DNA of 63,531 nt, counting the filler, from Actinomycetales bacterium (GTDB lineage Bacteria; Actinomycetota; Actinomycetes; Actinomycetales; CAVURS01): NCBI GenBank assembly GCA_045807245.1. It is 6 parts of 6 records of this genome, joined end to end, with 100 filler letters (N's around TTAATTAATTAA, not from the genome) between each part and the next. Parts side by side here need not be neighbours in the genome. Positions count along the whole stretch, not along the records: positions 1 to 31,932 come from JBJMHS010000033.1; 5 more parts are not named here. One strand, written 5' to 3'. Position 1 is the first letter of the stretch; each line of letters begins with the position of its first letter. The position numbers were made by a program, and so were the translations under genes. Below the pieces are notes generated by a model. It did no database searches, was not told the DNA's origin, and worked only from the letters and a program-made list of their open reading frames with translations. Positions 1-9,578 of the stretch are shown here, piece by piece.

Positions 1-33
1 AGACGACACGCGTCTGTTCAACGGGGTGACCAA

Positions 34-1239
34 GTGACGGTCCTCCTTGAGGCCGATCCAGCGACCGCCGAGACGCTGGCGTTCGGTATCGGCGGCCAGG
101 TCACCACGGTGGAGGCGGCGCACGAGGTGCCGCGGCGCCTCGAGCAGGATTCCGGCGAGCTGCTCGTCGTTATCGGTCCTGGGGTAGAGCAAGGTCTAGC
201 CCTCGGCCTCGCCGAAGACCTCAGGCTCAACCGGCCCCATGTCGGCGTGATCCTGCTGCGGCACCGCGTTGACGTGGTGATCATGGGCCACGCCCTGCGG
301 GCCGGGGTCCGTGAGGTTGTCGCGCCGGACGATCTCACCGCCTTGGGCGCCGCGTGCGCCCGCTCCATGGAGATCTCTCGTCGACAGGTCGGAGCCGCCG
401 GTGCGGCGTCCGACCTGGCGCCCGAAGGGCGCGTCATCACGGTCTTCTCAGCCAAGGGTGGCTGCGGCAAGACGACGATCGCGACGAACCTGGCCGCAAC
501 CTTGGCGGCCGGCGGCCAGTCCAGAGTCTGTCTCGTCGACCTGGACCTGGCCTTCGGCGACGTGGCCATCGCGCTTCAGCTGGTGCCGGCGCGGACCATG
601 ACCGACAGCACCGCGATGGTCGGGACCATGGACGAGCAGGGTGTGCAGTCACTCGTCACACCGCACAGTCCGGGGCTCGACACCGTGCTCGCACCCACGG
701 AGCCGGGGCAGGCCGAGCGCATCGACGTCAAGGTCGTTGGCGAGCTCATGCGCGTCCTGCGGCGGATGTACGACTACGTCGTCATCGACACCCCGCCGGC
801 GTTCAGCGAGCACGTATTGGCGGCGTTCGACGCCTCTGACTGCTATGTGCTCCTGGCCACCTTGGACATCCCGGCGCTGAAGAACCTGCGGCTCACCCTC
901 GAGATGCTCGAGCTCCTCGGCTACCCGCAGGCCAACTGGCTGGTCGCCCTGAACCGCTCGGACAGCAAGGTCGGTCTCGGCATCGACGAGGTGGAGCGCA
1001 CCCTGCGCGTCCCGATCGCGGCACAGATCCCATCCAGTCGGGCGGTCCCCGCGTCGATCAACCGAGGCGTGCCGCTCGTGCTGGACGAGCCCGGGCACGT
1101 GGTCAGCCAAGCCGTCAAGCAGCTGGCCTCCGTGGTCACCGAGCGGGTGGGTATGCCGAGCCGGCTAGCTGGCGCCGTGCCCGATGCCCACCGCAAGGGC
1201 CGCACCCTGTCCCTGCTCCGTCGAGGAGGCGGCCGATGA
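34..1239 (+). CDS. cpaE: Flp pilus assembly ATPase CpaE/TadZ (receiver-like N-terminus + MinD/ParA ATPase)
   Basis: Deviant Walker A SAKGGCGKTT, LVDLDLAFGD, VVIDTPP; ATGA overlap with cpaF. Confidence 0.88.
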   Translation: MTVLLEADPATAETLAFGIGGQVTTVEAAHEVPRRLEQDSGELLVVIGPGVEQGLALGLAEDLRLNRPHVGVILLRHRVDVVIMGHALRAGVREVVAPDDLTALGAACARSMEISRRQVGAAGAASDLAPEGRVITVFSAKGGCGKTTIATNLAATLAAGGQSRVCLVDLDLAFGDVAIALQLVPARTMTDSTAMVGTMDEQGVQSLVTPHSPGLDTVLAPTEPGQAERIDVKVVGELMRVLRRMYDYVVIDTPPAFSEHVLAAFDASDCYVLLATLDIPALKNLRLTLEMLELLGYPQANWLVALNRSDSKVGLGIDEVERTLRVPIAAQIPSSRAVPASINRGVPLVLDEPGHVVSQAVKQLASVVTERVGMPSRLAGAVPDAHRKGRTLSLLRRGGGR

Positions 1240-2615
1240 ACCTCAGCCAGCGCATGGAGCAAGCCCGTCGGCCGGTCCTGGTGACCAGCGACCAGGCAGC
1301 GAACGGGGCCACCCAGCGCCCGCGCGATCCCTTCGCCGAGGTCAAGGCCAGCGTTCACCAAGCGTTGCTCGACAGTCTTGGTCCGAAGCTCTACGACCCC
1401 AGACTCGAGCAGGGCGAGCTCGAGCAGCGCGTCCGGCAGACGCTCCAGGGCGTGCTGGAGATCGAGGAAGCTCCGCTCTCGTCGTCCGACCGAGCGCGGG
1501 TGGCGCAGGAGGTGGCCGACGAGATCCTCGGCCACGGCCCGCTGGAGCCGCTGCTGCGTGACCCGAACGTCACAGAGATCATGGTCAACGGAGCCGACCA
1601 GGTGTACGTGGAGCGGGCCGGGCGAATTCACGCTGTGGACGCGGCGTTCACGTCCGAGACGCATCTGCGCCGGACCATCGACAAGATCGTCGGCCGCGTC
1701 GGCCGCCGGATCGACGAGGCGAGCCCCATGGTGGACGCGCGCCTCCCGGACGGAAGCCGCGTCAATGCCGTCATCGCGCCGATCGCGCTCGATGGCTCGA
1801 TGCTCACGATCCGCAAGTTTGCGACCGACCCGTTCGGTGCCGACGACCTGGTGTCCTTCGGCACCATGACTCGAGCTGTGCGTGACCTGCTCGATGCGTG
1901 TGTCCGAGGCCGCCTCAACATCCTCATCAGTGGCGGGACGGGCAGTGGCAAGACGACCACGCTGAACGTGTTGTCCGCCTTCATCCCGCACGACGAGCGC
2001 ATCATCACGATCGAGGACGCGGCCGAGCTGCAGCTCAAGCAGGACCATGTCCTGCGGCTCGAGGCGCGTCCGTCGAACATCGAAGGTCGCGGCGAAGTGG
2101 CCATCCGGGACTTGGTCCGCAACGCACTGCGCATGCGGCCGGACCGCATCGTGGTCGGTGAGGTCCGTGACGGTGCCGCCCTGGACATGCTGCAGGCGAT
2201 GAACACCGGTCACGACGGCTCGATCACGACTGTTCACGCGAACTCGCCGCGCGACTCCCTCGCCCGGCTGGAGACCATGACGCTGATGGCGGGGGTCGAG
2301 CTGCCGGTGCGAGCCATCCGGGAGCAGGTGTCGAGCGCCATCGACCTGATCGTGCACCAGGCCCGGTTGAAGGATGGGTCGCGCCGCATCGTCAATGTGA
2401 CCGAGGTCGTGGGCATGGAGGGCGACGTCGTCACGCTGCAGGACCTCTTCACGTTCAACTACCGCGCCGGACTGGACGAGCGGGGCCGCTTCCGCGGGAC
2501 GTTGGTCTCGACGGGGCTGCGGCCACGCTTCACCGACACGCTGTCGGACGCAGGGGTTGACCTGCCCACTGAGATCTTTGCGACGGTCGACCCGGCCGGG
2601 CGGCGGCGAGCATGA
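1236..2615 (+). CDS. cpaF: Flp pilus secretion ATPase CpaF/TadA
   Basis: GGTGSGKTT, TIEDAAEL, LRMRPDRIVVGEVR, MNTGHDGS. Confidence 0.95.
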   Translation: MNLSQRMEQARRPVLVTSDQAANGATQRPRDPFAEVKASVHQALLDSLGPKLYDPRLEQGELEQRVRQTLQGVLEIEEAPLSSSDRARVAQEVADEILGHGPLEPLLRDPNVTEIMVNGADQVYVERAGRIHAVDAAFTSETHLRRTIDKIVGRVGRRIDEASPMVDARLPDGSRVNAVIAPIALDGSMLTIRKFATDPFGADDLVSFGTMTRAVRDLLDACVRGRLNILISGGTGSGKTTTLNVLSAFIPHDERIITIEDAAELQLKQDHVLRLEARPSNIEGRGEVAIRDLVRNALRMRPDRIVVGEVRDGAALDMLQAMNTGHDGSITTVHANSPRDSLARLETMTLMAGVELPVRAIREQVSSAIDLIVHQARLKDGSRRIVNVTEVVGMEGDVVTLQDLFTFNYRAGLDERGRFRGTLVSTGLRPRFTDTLSDAGVDLPTEIFATVDPAGRRRA

Positions 2616-4540
2616 ACCCTCGTCAGTCCCTGCCCGTCGCCCTCCTGCTGTCGGGCGCGTTGTTGCTGACCGGCAACCGCGCGACCGCCGCAACCGGCGG
2701 CGCCTCGATCGACGACCTCACCGTGCGCGGTGGAATCGCGACCATGGCCCTGTCCGTTCCCGTGCCGACGGGAGTGACTTTGCAGCCGGACCGGACCGAA
2801 GTGACCGTGAACGGCCACTCGGTGGTTTCGCACGTGCTCTCCTCGGCCGCCTCCTCGTCGGGCAAGGCGCGGACTGCGGTTCTGGTCGTCGACACGAGCG
2901 GCTCCATGGGCCCGGGCGGCATCTCAGCCGCTCGGGCCGCCGCCAACGCCTACATGGCGCGGGTGGCCGCCGACGTGCGCGTGGGCTTGATCGGCTTTGC
3001 CGACCATCCTCGCGTGGTGACATCGCCCACGACCGATCGGGCATCGCTCCGCTCCGGTCTCGCCGAGCTGCGCTCGAAGGGTGAGACGGCCCTGTACGAC
3101 GCGGTCGAGGCGGCTGTGCCACTGGCCGGACCCAACGGCGCCGTCGTGGTGCTCAGCGACGGCGCGGACACGGTGAGCCACGCCAGCCTGTCCGACGTAC
3201 TGGGCAAGATCCAGACGTCATCGGTGCGGGTCAGCACCGTCGCCTTCCGAACCCAAGACGGCACGCGCGGTCCGCTGACTCAGATTGCCCGTGCCGGCGG
3301 TGGCCGGGTCGTCGCGGCGTCAGACGCGAGCGACCTCGCCGCAGCGTTCGCCCAGGCCGCTGCCGCGCTGCCCGCTCAGGTCCGGTTGAGCGTGGAGCTG
3401 CCGGATCAGTCCGGTGGACAGAACCTGACCGTCCACCTGTTCGCCGCCACCTCGACCTGGTCGGCCGACGCTGTGCTGCCGAGCGAAGCTGGCAGTGGGG
3501 TCGTGGCCCACCCAGATAGTTCTGCTCGCTCACTGCCGACCGCGGCCTTGGTGGATGCGGTGCCCTGGTACGCGTCCCTCGGTCTTGTGCTCGCGGTGGT
3601 CTTCGTTGCTCTGTTCCTGATCGGCTGGTTGTTGTTCCCGCGGCCCGTGACTGCTGAGGACAAGCGGACGCAGGCGCTGGCGCCGTACGGAGTCAGCGGC
3701 CGCATCCCCGGCGCCGCCGTGATCCGAGACCAGAACCAGGCCTCCGGCAGCAGCTTGGTTGAGCTCTCTCAGCGCTTCGTCGACAAGCGAGGGACGGCAG
3801 CCAGCATCGCGCAGAAGCTCGAGCAGGCGGGGTCGCGGCTCCGGCCGGGGGAGTGGATCGTGCTGCGGTTCTGCGCAGTGCTAGCGCTGGCGGCTGTCAT
3901 CACCGTGCTCTTCCGCAACCCCTTGGTCGGTGTCCTGTGCGGCATCGTGTTCGGCTGGGCCGGTTCCTACCTCTGGCTGCGGCACCGGCAGCTGCGGCGT
4001 TCCCGCGCCTTCTCCGACGCCCTGCCGGACACGCTCCACCTCGTCGCGAGCAGTCTCCGCACTGGCTTCTCTCTGCAACAGGCCCTGGACGCAGCACAGC
4101 AGGACGGCGTCGAACCGATGGCGGGTGAGCTGGGTCGCGCGTTGGCTTCGGCGCGCATCGGCGCCCCGTTGGAGGACGAGCTGGAGGCAGTGGCTGACCG
4201 AACCATGAGTGAGGACTGGCGCTGGGCGGTCATGGCGATTCGGATCCAGCGCTCGGTCGGCGGGAACTTGGCGGAAGTGCTGCTGACGACCGTGAAGACC
4301 TTGCGCGACCGCGCAGCGACCCGACGCCTGGTCCGCAGCCTGTCGGCTGAGGGGCGACTGTCGGCGTACATCCTGCTCGCGCTGCCGCTCTTCATCTTCG
4401 GGCTTCTCTTCCTCACCCGACGCCAGTACGTCCAGCCCCTATGGACCACCACGCCCGGCCTGGTCATGATCAGCGCGGCTGGGGTCCTGATGGCGATCGG
4501 GACCCTGTGGATGCGCAATGTGATCAGGGTGGAGGCCTGA
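2612..4540 (+). CDS. tadB: Signal peptide + vWA domain + TadB (T2SSF) fusion
   Basis: MIDAS DTSGSM, ETALYDA, VLSDG; C-terminal IQRSVGGNLAEVL...SAEGRLSA. Confidence 0.88.
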   Translation: MNPRQSLPVALLLSGALLLTGNRATAATGGASIDDLTVRGGIATMALSVPVPTGVTLQPDRTEVTVNGHSVVSHVLSSAASSSGKARTAVLVVDTSGSMGPGGISAARAAANAYMARVAADVRVGLIGFADHPRVVTSPTTDRASLRSGLAELRSKGETALYDAVEAAVPLAGPNGAVVVLSDGADTVSHASLSDVLGKIQTSSVRVSTVAFRTQDGTRGPLTQIARAGGGRVVAASDASDLAAAFAQAAAALPAQVRLSVELPDQSGGQNLTVHLFAATSTWSADAVLPSEAGSGVVAHPDSSARSLPTAALVDAVPWYASLGLVLAVVFVALFLIGWLLFPRPVTAEDKRTQALAPYGVSGRIPGAAVIRDQNQASGSSLVELSQRFVDKRGTAASIAQKLEQAGSRLRPGEWIVLRFCAVLALAAVITVLFRNPLVGVLCGIVFGWAGSYLWLRHRQLRRSRAFSDALPDTLHLVASSLRTGFSLQQALDAAQQDGVEPMAGELGRALASARIGAPLEDELEAVADRTMSEDWRWAVMAIRIQRSVGGNLAEVLLTTVKTLRDRAATRRLVRSLSAEGRLSAYILLALPLFIFGLLFLTRRQYVQPLWTTTPGLVMISAAGVLMAIGTLWMRNVIRVEA

Positions 4541-4543
4541 CCG

Positions 4544-5476
4544 ATGAACGACTCGACTCTGCTCCTGGTCGGCGTGGCCACGTTGTTCCTCGCCGTCGCC
4601 GTTGCCGCGATGGCACTGCTCCGGCCCGCTCCCAAACCGACCGGTGTAGCCCGGTCCCTGCTCACGATCGAACAGCTGAGGTTGACCTCGGGCCACGTCC
4701 CGATTACCGCCCTTCCGGCCTCCGAGCGTCTCGTGCGGCCGGCGGTGCAGCGCCTCACCCGCATCGGCCGTCGACTCACGCCGATCGACACGCCCAAGCG
4801 CTTGCAGAGCCGACTGGACGTGGCCGGCAACCCGCCGCAGTGGTCGGTGGAGCGCATCCTGGCGGCCAAGGCGGCCGGTCTCGCGGCCGGCGTCGCGCTG
4901 GGCCTGCTCGTCATGCTCACCGGGCGCGTACTGGCTGGACTGCTGTGGGTCGCCGGCGGCGCGGTCGTCGGTTTCTGGCTGCCGAACGTGCTGCTCTACA
5001 ACGCCGGCCTGAAGCGACAGGAGAAGGTCCGGCGCAGCCTGCCCGATGCGATGGACATGCTCACCGTGTGCGTCGAAGCCGGACTGGGCTTCGACGCCGG
5101 GCTGGCCCAGGTCGCGCGTAACGCCGAGGGCCCGATCGCGGGCGAGTTCGCCCGTCTGCTACGCGAGATGCAGCTCGGAAAGACCCGCGTCGAGGCCTTC
5201 CAGGACTTGGCGGCCCGGACAACCGTCCCGGAGCTCAAGGTCTTCGTCTCTGCGCTTGTGCAGTCGGACCGGCTGGGCATCCCACTCGCCGGCGTGCTGC
5301 GCGAGCAGGCGGCCGAAATGCGGCTCAAGCGGAGGCAGCGGGCGGAGGAGCAGGCCCAGAAGGTTCCGATCAAGATCTTGTTCCCCCTGCTGCTGTGCAT
5401 CTTCCCGGCGTTGTTCGTCGTGGTCATCGGCCCGGGGGCCATCCAGATCGCGCACACCTTCATCGGGCACCACTGA
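4544..5476 (+). CDS. tadC: TadC (T2SSF family)
   Basis: LPDAMDMLTVCVEAGLGFD, RRQRAEEQAQKVPIKILFPL. Confidence 0.92.
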   Translation: MNDSTLLLVGVATLFLAVAVAAMALLRPAPKPTGVARSLLTIEQLRLTSGHVPITALPASERLVRPAVQRLTRIGRRLTPIDTPKRLQSRLDVAGNPPQWSVERILAAKAAGLAAGVALGLLVMLTGRVLAGLLWVAGGAVVGFWLPNVLLYNAGLKRQEKVRRSLPDAMDMLTVCVEAGLGFDAGLAQVARNAEGPIAGEFARLLREMQLGKTRVEAFQDLAARTTVPELKVFVSALVQSDRLGIPLAGVLREQAAEMRLKRRQRAEEQAQKVPIKILFPLLLCIFPALFVVVIGPGAIQIAHTFIGHH

Positions 5477-6165
5477 TGACGACGGAGCAACTAACCCCTT
5501 CGGCCACCCTGGCGCCACGGCTTTCGCCGCGGGTCGACATGGCCCGAGTGGGCATCATCGTGCTGTTCTCATGGTCCGCTCTGAGCAACGTCGTCGCGAG
5601 TCGCCGGCAGTGGTCTGGACTGGAGCCGACCTGGCACAAGGTGGCTGCAGTCGGGAGCAGCGCCCTCGGGATCGCCTTCTGCGCGCTCGTCGTGTGGGCG
5701 TACCTGCGCCGCAGCCGCGCGTCGATCACTGACCGTTCGCCTCTTGTCTGGGTGGTCGCGCCGCTGGCGACGGTCATCCCGCTGGTGATGGCCGCCGTAC
5801 CGCCCGCGCCCAGCGGTGCGGTCCGCGACGCGCTCGTACTCGGTCTGACTCTCGCCGGTCTGAGCTGGTCGGTCTGGTCCGTGCGGACGCTGTCGACCAA
5901 CCTCAGCGTGGTGCCACAGGCACGGGTTGCCGTGACGGACGGGCCGTACCGCTTGGTGCGCCACCCGCTCTACTTCGGCGAGATCGTGGCGCTGTGCGGC
6001 CTGGCTCTTCACGTAGGGCGCTGGGAGGCCGGCCTGGTCATCCTGCTGGAGGTTGCCCTCCAGATCTACCGCGCGAGCCGAGAGGAGCGACTGCTTGCCA
6101 GAGCGATCCCGGGCTACCGGGAGTATGCCGAGCACACCCGTCGACTCATCCCAGGAGTGTGGTGA
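5476..6165 (+). CDS. ICMT/PEMT-family integral membrane methyltransferase
   Basis: VTDGPYRLVRHPLYFGE, REERLL, YREY...TRRLIPGVW; TGATG coupling to tadC. Confidence 0.8.
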   Translation: MTTEQLTPSATLAPRLSPRVDMARVGIIVLFSWSALSNVVASRRQWSGLEPTWHKVAAVGSSALGIAFCALVVWAYLRRSRASITDRSPLVWVVAPLATVIPLVMAAVPPAPSGAVRDALVLGLTLAGLSWSVWSVRTLSTNLSVVPQARVAVTDGPYRLVRHPLYFGEIVALCGLALHVGRWEAGLVILLEVALQIYRASREERLLARAIPGYREYAEHTRRLIPGVW

Positions 6166-6167
6166 CC

Positions 6168-7637
6168 ATGTCGGACTCCGTGCCCACGACTGAGGTCGGT
6201 CCGGCGACGCCGGCGGCTGGCGACAGGCCGGGTGGCGTCGTAGCGGTGCTGTCGCAACATTCGTACCTCGCCCTGCAGATGCGACGAGCCGGTTTCGACA
6301 TTCTCGAGGGCAAGGACATCGACGATGTCGCCAAGGCGGCGGCATCCGTCGACGTCGTCGTGGTCGATTTGGTCGCCGTCGACGGCAAACGCGCTGTGGT
6401 CGCGCGGCTCAGCACCGCGGTGGACCCACGGATCCCGGTGGTGCTGATCAGTGCCGACGCGGTCGACCTGGCCCTGCTCGGCGCGGGACGTTCGGTGCAC
6501 ATCGTCGTACCGCCGGTCCGAGCCGAAGACGTGATCAGCCAGGTTCGCAGCATCCTGGAGACCCGCGCCGCCGACAACCTGCGTGGCGCTCACGGTTTCA
6601 CCGCGGAGCCGGCCGAAAAGGACGCGGCCAAGATCGGGTTGCGGGCCGGTCCGCGGGCCGCGAAGGCGGCGGCGAAGCGGGCCCAGGCCCGGGCTCGGGC
6701 CAAGGACAGCACGGCAACCGTCACGGAGATGCACGACCGCAAGCGGCTGCCACCGCGGCGCACTGCGGTTCGGCGCATCGACGAAAGGGCCGGCGACCCT
6801 CAGCCCACGGGGCTGCCGTTGAGCGCCCACCACAGCGAGCCCGTACCCGTCCTGCCGGCGCCTTCGGACCGCCCGCCGGCGCACGTTGCTTCGGCAGCGA
6901 CCCAGGTGTCGTCGCTTTCCGCGACTCCTCCGCCTCATGCGCCTCCGGAGCCCCCGGCGGCTCCAGCGGTTGCCACGGCGACGAGGCCGAGTCGAACCAC
7001 TACCTCCAGTCGGACGCCTGCGACCGGCCGGGCTACGGGCGCGAACGGTGCCGCCACCACCCACGGTGTTTCCTCAGCAGCTGTCCTGGATCTGACGGCG
7101 CTACCCGCGCCGGTCCTCGACTGGCGGGTCGTGGCGAACCAGCTGACTCACGCAGTGCAGTCGATCCCAGCAGTGTCGGTCGTCGCCCAGACCATGGCTG
7201 ACGAGCTGGCGGCGATCAGCCGGGCGCACGTGGCAGTCATGGTCCGCGACTTCAGCGGGGCCTGGGCGGTGGAAGCCGGGGTCGGCCTCCGTTCGTTCGA
7301 GTGGGCGCAGACGTTGCAGGACGACGACTGGCTGGTCTGGGCCGGACGCGACCAGCACCCGAGCCTCATGGTGATGGACACCGACGTGGTGCGTGGTGAT
7401 CTCGCCGGAGCGCCCCTGGCCAGCCGGCTGCAGCTCGTGCGCACCCATTCGACCAAGGCGCCGTTCTTCGTCTGCGCCGGCTGGGAGACGGACGAGGGCA
7501 ACGACACCGGACGAGTTGCGCTGGTCGTGGAGGCAGTCCGTCGGCACGGCTCCGAGATGGCGGATGCGCTCGGGGTGCGCTCCCTCGCCCAATGGCTGTC
7601 GGCGCACGTGGGTGGCGACACCGTCAGGAGCGGCTGA
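6168..7637 (+). CDS. Hypothetical protein: degenerate receiver-like domain, Pro/Ala-rich linker, possible GAF-like C-terminal domain
   Basis: DVVVVDL...IPVVLIS...VPPV pattern; start immediately after upstream stop; domain calls inferred. Confidence 0.55.
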   Translation: MSDSVPTTEVGPATPAAGDRPGGVVAVLSQHSYLALQMRRAGFDILEGKDIDDVAKAAASVDVVVVDLVAVDGKRAVVARLSTAVDPRIPVVLISADAVDLALLGAGRSVHIVVPPVRAEDVISQVRSILETRAADNLRGAHGFTAEPAEKDAAKIGLRAGPRAAKAAAKRAQARARAKDSTATVTEMHDRKRLPPRRTAVRRIDERAGDPQPTGLPLSAHHSEPVPVLPAPSDRPPAHVASAATQVSSLSATPPPHAPPEPPAAPAVATATRPSRTTTSSRTPATGRATGANGAATTHGVSSAAVLDLTALPAPVLDWRVVANQLTHAVQSIPAVSVVAQTMADELAAISRAHVAVMVRDFSGAWAVEAGVGLRSFEWAQTLQDDDWLVWAGRDQHPSLMVMDTDVVRGDLAGAPLASRLQLVRTHSTKAPFFVCAGWETDEGNDTGRVALVVEAVRRHGSEMADALGVRSLAQWLSAHVGGDTVRSG

Positions 7638-7707
7638 GCATCCTTCGGTTGCTTGGGATCGTCCCGACCCGCTGTCCCGCGTTCGGTGAGCTCCGAGCTC
7701 CCTGAGC

Positions 7708-8709
7708 TCAGTGGTCGATGTGGATGCGCTCGTCCACGAGCGGGTCGCTCTCGATGTGACCGTCGGGGTCGAAATGCCCACGGGCCAGGCGCTTGCGGAA
7801 CGTGAGGTCGAGCCGGTCGTCACCGTGCCGGTTCTTCTCCAGGGACAGCACGAGCCAGTTGTGCATGTCCTCCGCCCGGGTGAGGTCGTACACCAGCTTG
7901 TCGCGGGCCACGACGTCGTACTTGTGCTGAAGCACCATCACGATGTCGGCCTCATACGCCAGCGTGACGGAGCCCTTGAGGTGACGGGCCCGGATGCGCT
8001 TGGCCTCCAGCCCGGCCAGCTCCAGAGCGCTCACGGCCAGCACCGACTGGCCGGACTCCAGCGCAAAGTCCTTGAGTGCGGTCGCGACGTGGGCCACGCG
8101 CGCGTCCTCGTCCGGCAGGTCGACGTGGACCTTCTGCAGGTAGTCGACGACGATGAGACCCGGCCGGTCATGCCAGGCCGAGGCCACCCGGAGGTCGGCG
8201 ATCCCGGTGACGTCGCCGCGTGCGCTGACGATGTGCAGCCGATCGCCGTAAGCCGCAACGCGGTTGACTGCCTCCAACGTGCCGTGCAGGTCAGCCAGGC
8301 GTTCGGCGAGGCCACCCCCGTCCCGGAGCGACAGTCGGGACCGCACGTCGGCCAGGGTCGGCGCCGGACCGGTAGCTCCGAGGTTCGCCTCCATGACGAC
8401 AAGCCGTTCGAGGATCTGCTGGACGTCGTGCTCGTAGCAGACGTACGTCACCGGCGAGCCGCCGTGCGCGACGTTGCGTGCGACCTGCAGGGCGAACGTC
8501 GTCTTGCCCACGCCCTGGGCGCCGGCGATGACCGCGAGGTCGCCCGGTACGAGACCTGCACCGATGTGAGCATCCAGCACGGGGAGACCCAGCGACAGCG
8601 GTGGCGACAGGGCAGCACCGGAGCGCAAGGACTCGTCCGTCTCGCGCAGAATGTCGGCGACAGCGACGCCCTCGGTCTGCGCACGCCCTTGCAACGTCTG
8701 GCCGTTCAT
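7708..8709 (-). CDS. DnaB-like (SF4/RecA-fold) ATPase, helicase motor domain only
   Basis: GAQGVGKT, IVVDYLQ, LKGSVTLAYEADIVMVL, LEKNRHG. Confidence 0.8.
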   Translation of the reverse strand: MNGQTLQGRAQTEGVAVADILRETDESLRSGAALSPPLSLGLPVLDAHIGAGLVPGDLAVIAGAQGVGKTTFALQVARNVAHGGSPVTYVCYEHDVQQILERLVVMEANLGATGPAPTLADVRSRLSLRDGGGLAERLADLHGTLEAVNRVAAYGDRLHIVSARGDVTGIADLRVASAWHDRPGLIVVDYLQKVHVDLPDEDARVAHVATALKDFALESGQSVLAVSALELAGLEAKRIRARHLKGSVTLAYEADIVMVLQHKYDVVARDKLVYDLTRAEDMHNWLVLSLEKNRHGDDRLDLTFRKRLARGHFDPDGHIESDPLVDERIHIDH

Positions 8710-8849
8710 CGCAGTACCACCCCGATCAGGGACGCCAGCAGCACTACCGTGAAGATCGCCACGCCCACTTGCAGGGCCCGGATCCGGGAGGGCACGCCGA
8801 CGTCGAGGTCGCGCCTGCGCGCGCGCCGTCGAAAGTCCTTGTGCACCAT
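8706..8849 (-). CDS. 47-aa single-pass membrane peptide (below the ORF-track cutoff)
   Basis: MVHKDFRRRARRRDLDVGVPSRIRALQVGVAIFTVVLLASLIGVVLR*; stop overlaps the ATPase start (ATGA). Confidence 0.55.
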   Translation of the reverse strand: MVHKDFRRRARRRDLDVGVPSRIRALQVGVAIFTVVLLASLIGVVLR

Positions 8850-8951
8850 TCGATTCTCGGGGCGACCGGGTGCCTGGCGCGTCGGCCGACCCGGTGGACC
8901 TACATCGTCCGAACGAACGATGGCAGCGACGGTAGTGCTCGTGCCGGGCCG

Positions 8952-9578
8952 TCAGTCCGTCGCGACGAGACCTTGACGAATGGCGGCCATGAGGGCCTGC
9001 GCCCGGTTCGTGGCGCCGAGCTTGTCGTAGATCTTGGCGATGTGCGTCTTGACCGTCGACTCGCTCATGTAGAGCCGTCGGGCGACCTGGCCGACCGAGA
9101 GCCCGTCCTTCAGCAACACCAACACCTCCGACTCTCGGGGGGTCAGCCGCGGCTGGTCCGTGTCGTTGCGGCGGCGCATCGCCGCGGCCAGACCGGCGGC
9201 GGCGAACACGTCCGGCGCGGTTGCTGAGCGTCGTACAGCATCGACGACGCTGTCCAGCGTCGAGCTCTTGAGAACCAGCGCCGAGGCGCCCGCCTCGAGG
9301 GCTCGCAGCAACGTCTCGTCGTCGGCGTGCATCGTCAGGACGACGATCCCGGTCGCCGGCAGGGACTCGCGCGTACTGCGGACGAGCTCGATCCCGTTGC
9401 CGTCCGGGAGCGACACGTCCACCACCAGGACGTCCGGTCGCTCGAGGCCGATCAGTGCGGCGGCCTCGGCGATCGTCCCGGCCTGGGCGACGACGTCGAG
9501 GTCGGGCTCGGAGTCGACCGCGCGTCCTACTGCTTGGCGGACCAGCTGGTGGTCGTCCACCAACATCACCCTGATCAT
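8952..9578 (-). CDS. NarL/LuxR-family response regulator
   Basis: LVDDH, VVDVSLPDGNG, LTPRESEVL...SESTVKTH. Confidence 0.93.
   Translation of the reverse strand: MIRVMLVDDHQLVRQAVGRAVDSEPDLDVVAQAGTIAEAAALIGLERPDVLVVDVSLPDGNGIELVRSTRESLPATGIVVLTMHADDETLLRALEAGASALVLKSSTLDSVVDAVRRSATAPDVFAAAGLAAAMRRRNDTDQPRLTPRESEVLVLLKDGLSVGQVARRLYMSESTVKTHIAKIYDKLGATNRAQALMAAIRQGLVATD

Noticed and set aside
7708..8709. DnaB-like gene as a prophage or plasmid marker
   Set aside because: No integrase, primase, rep or structural genes nearby.
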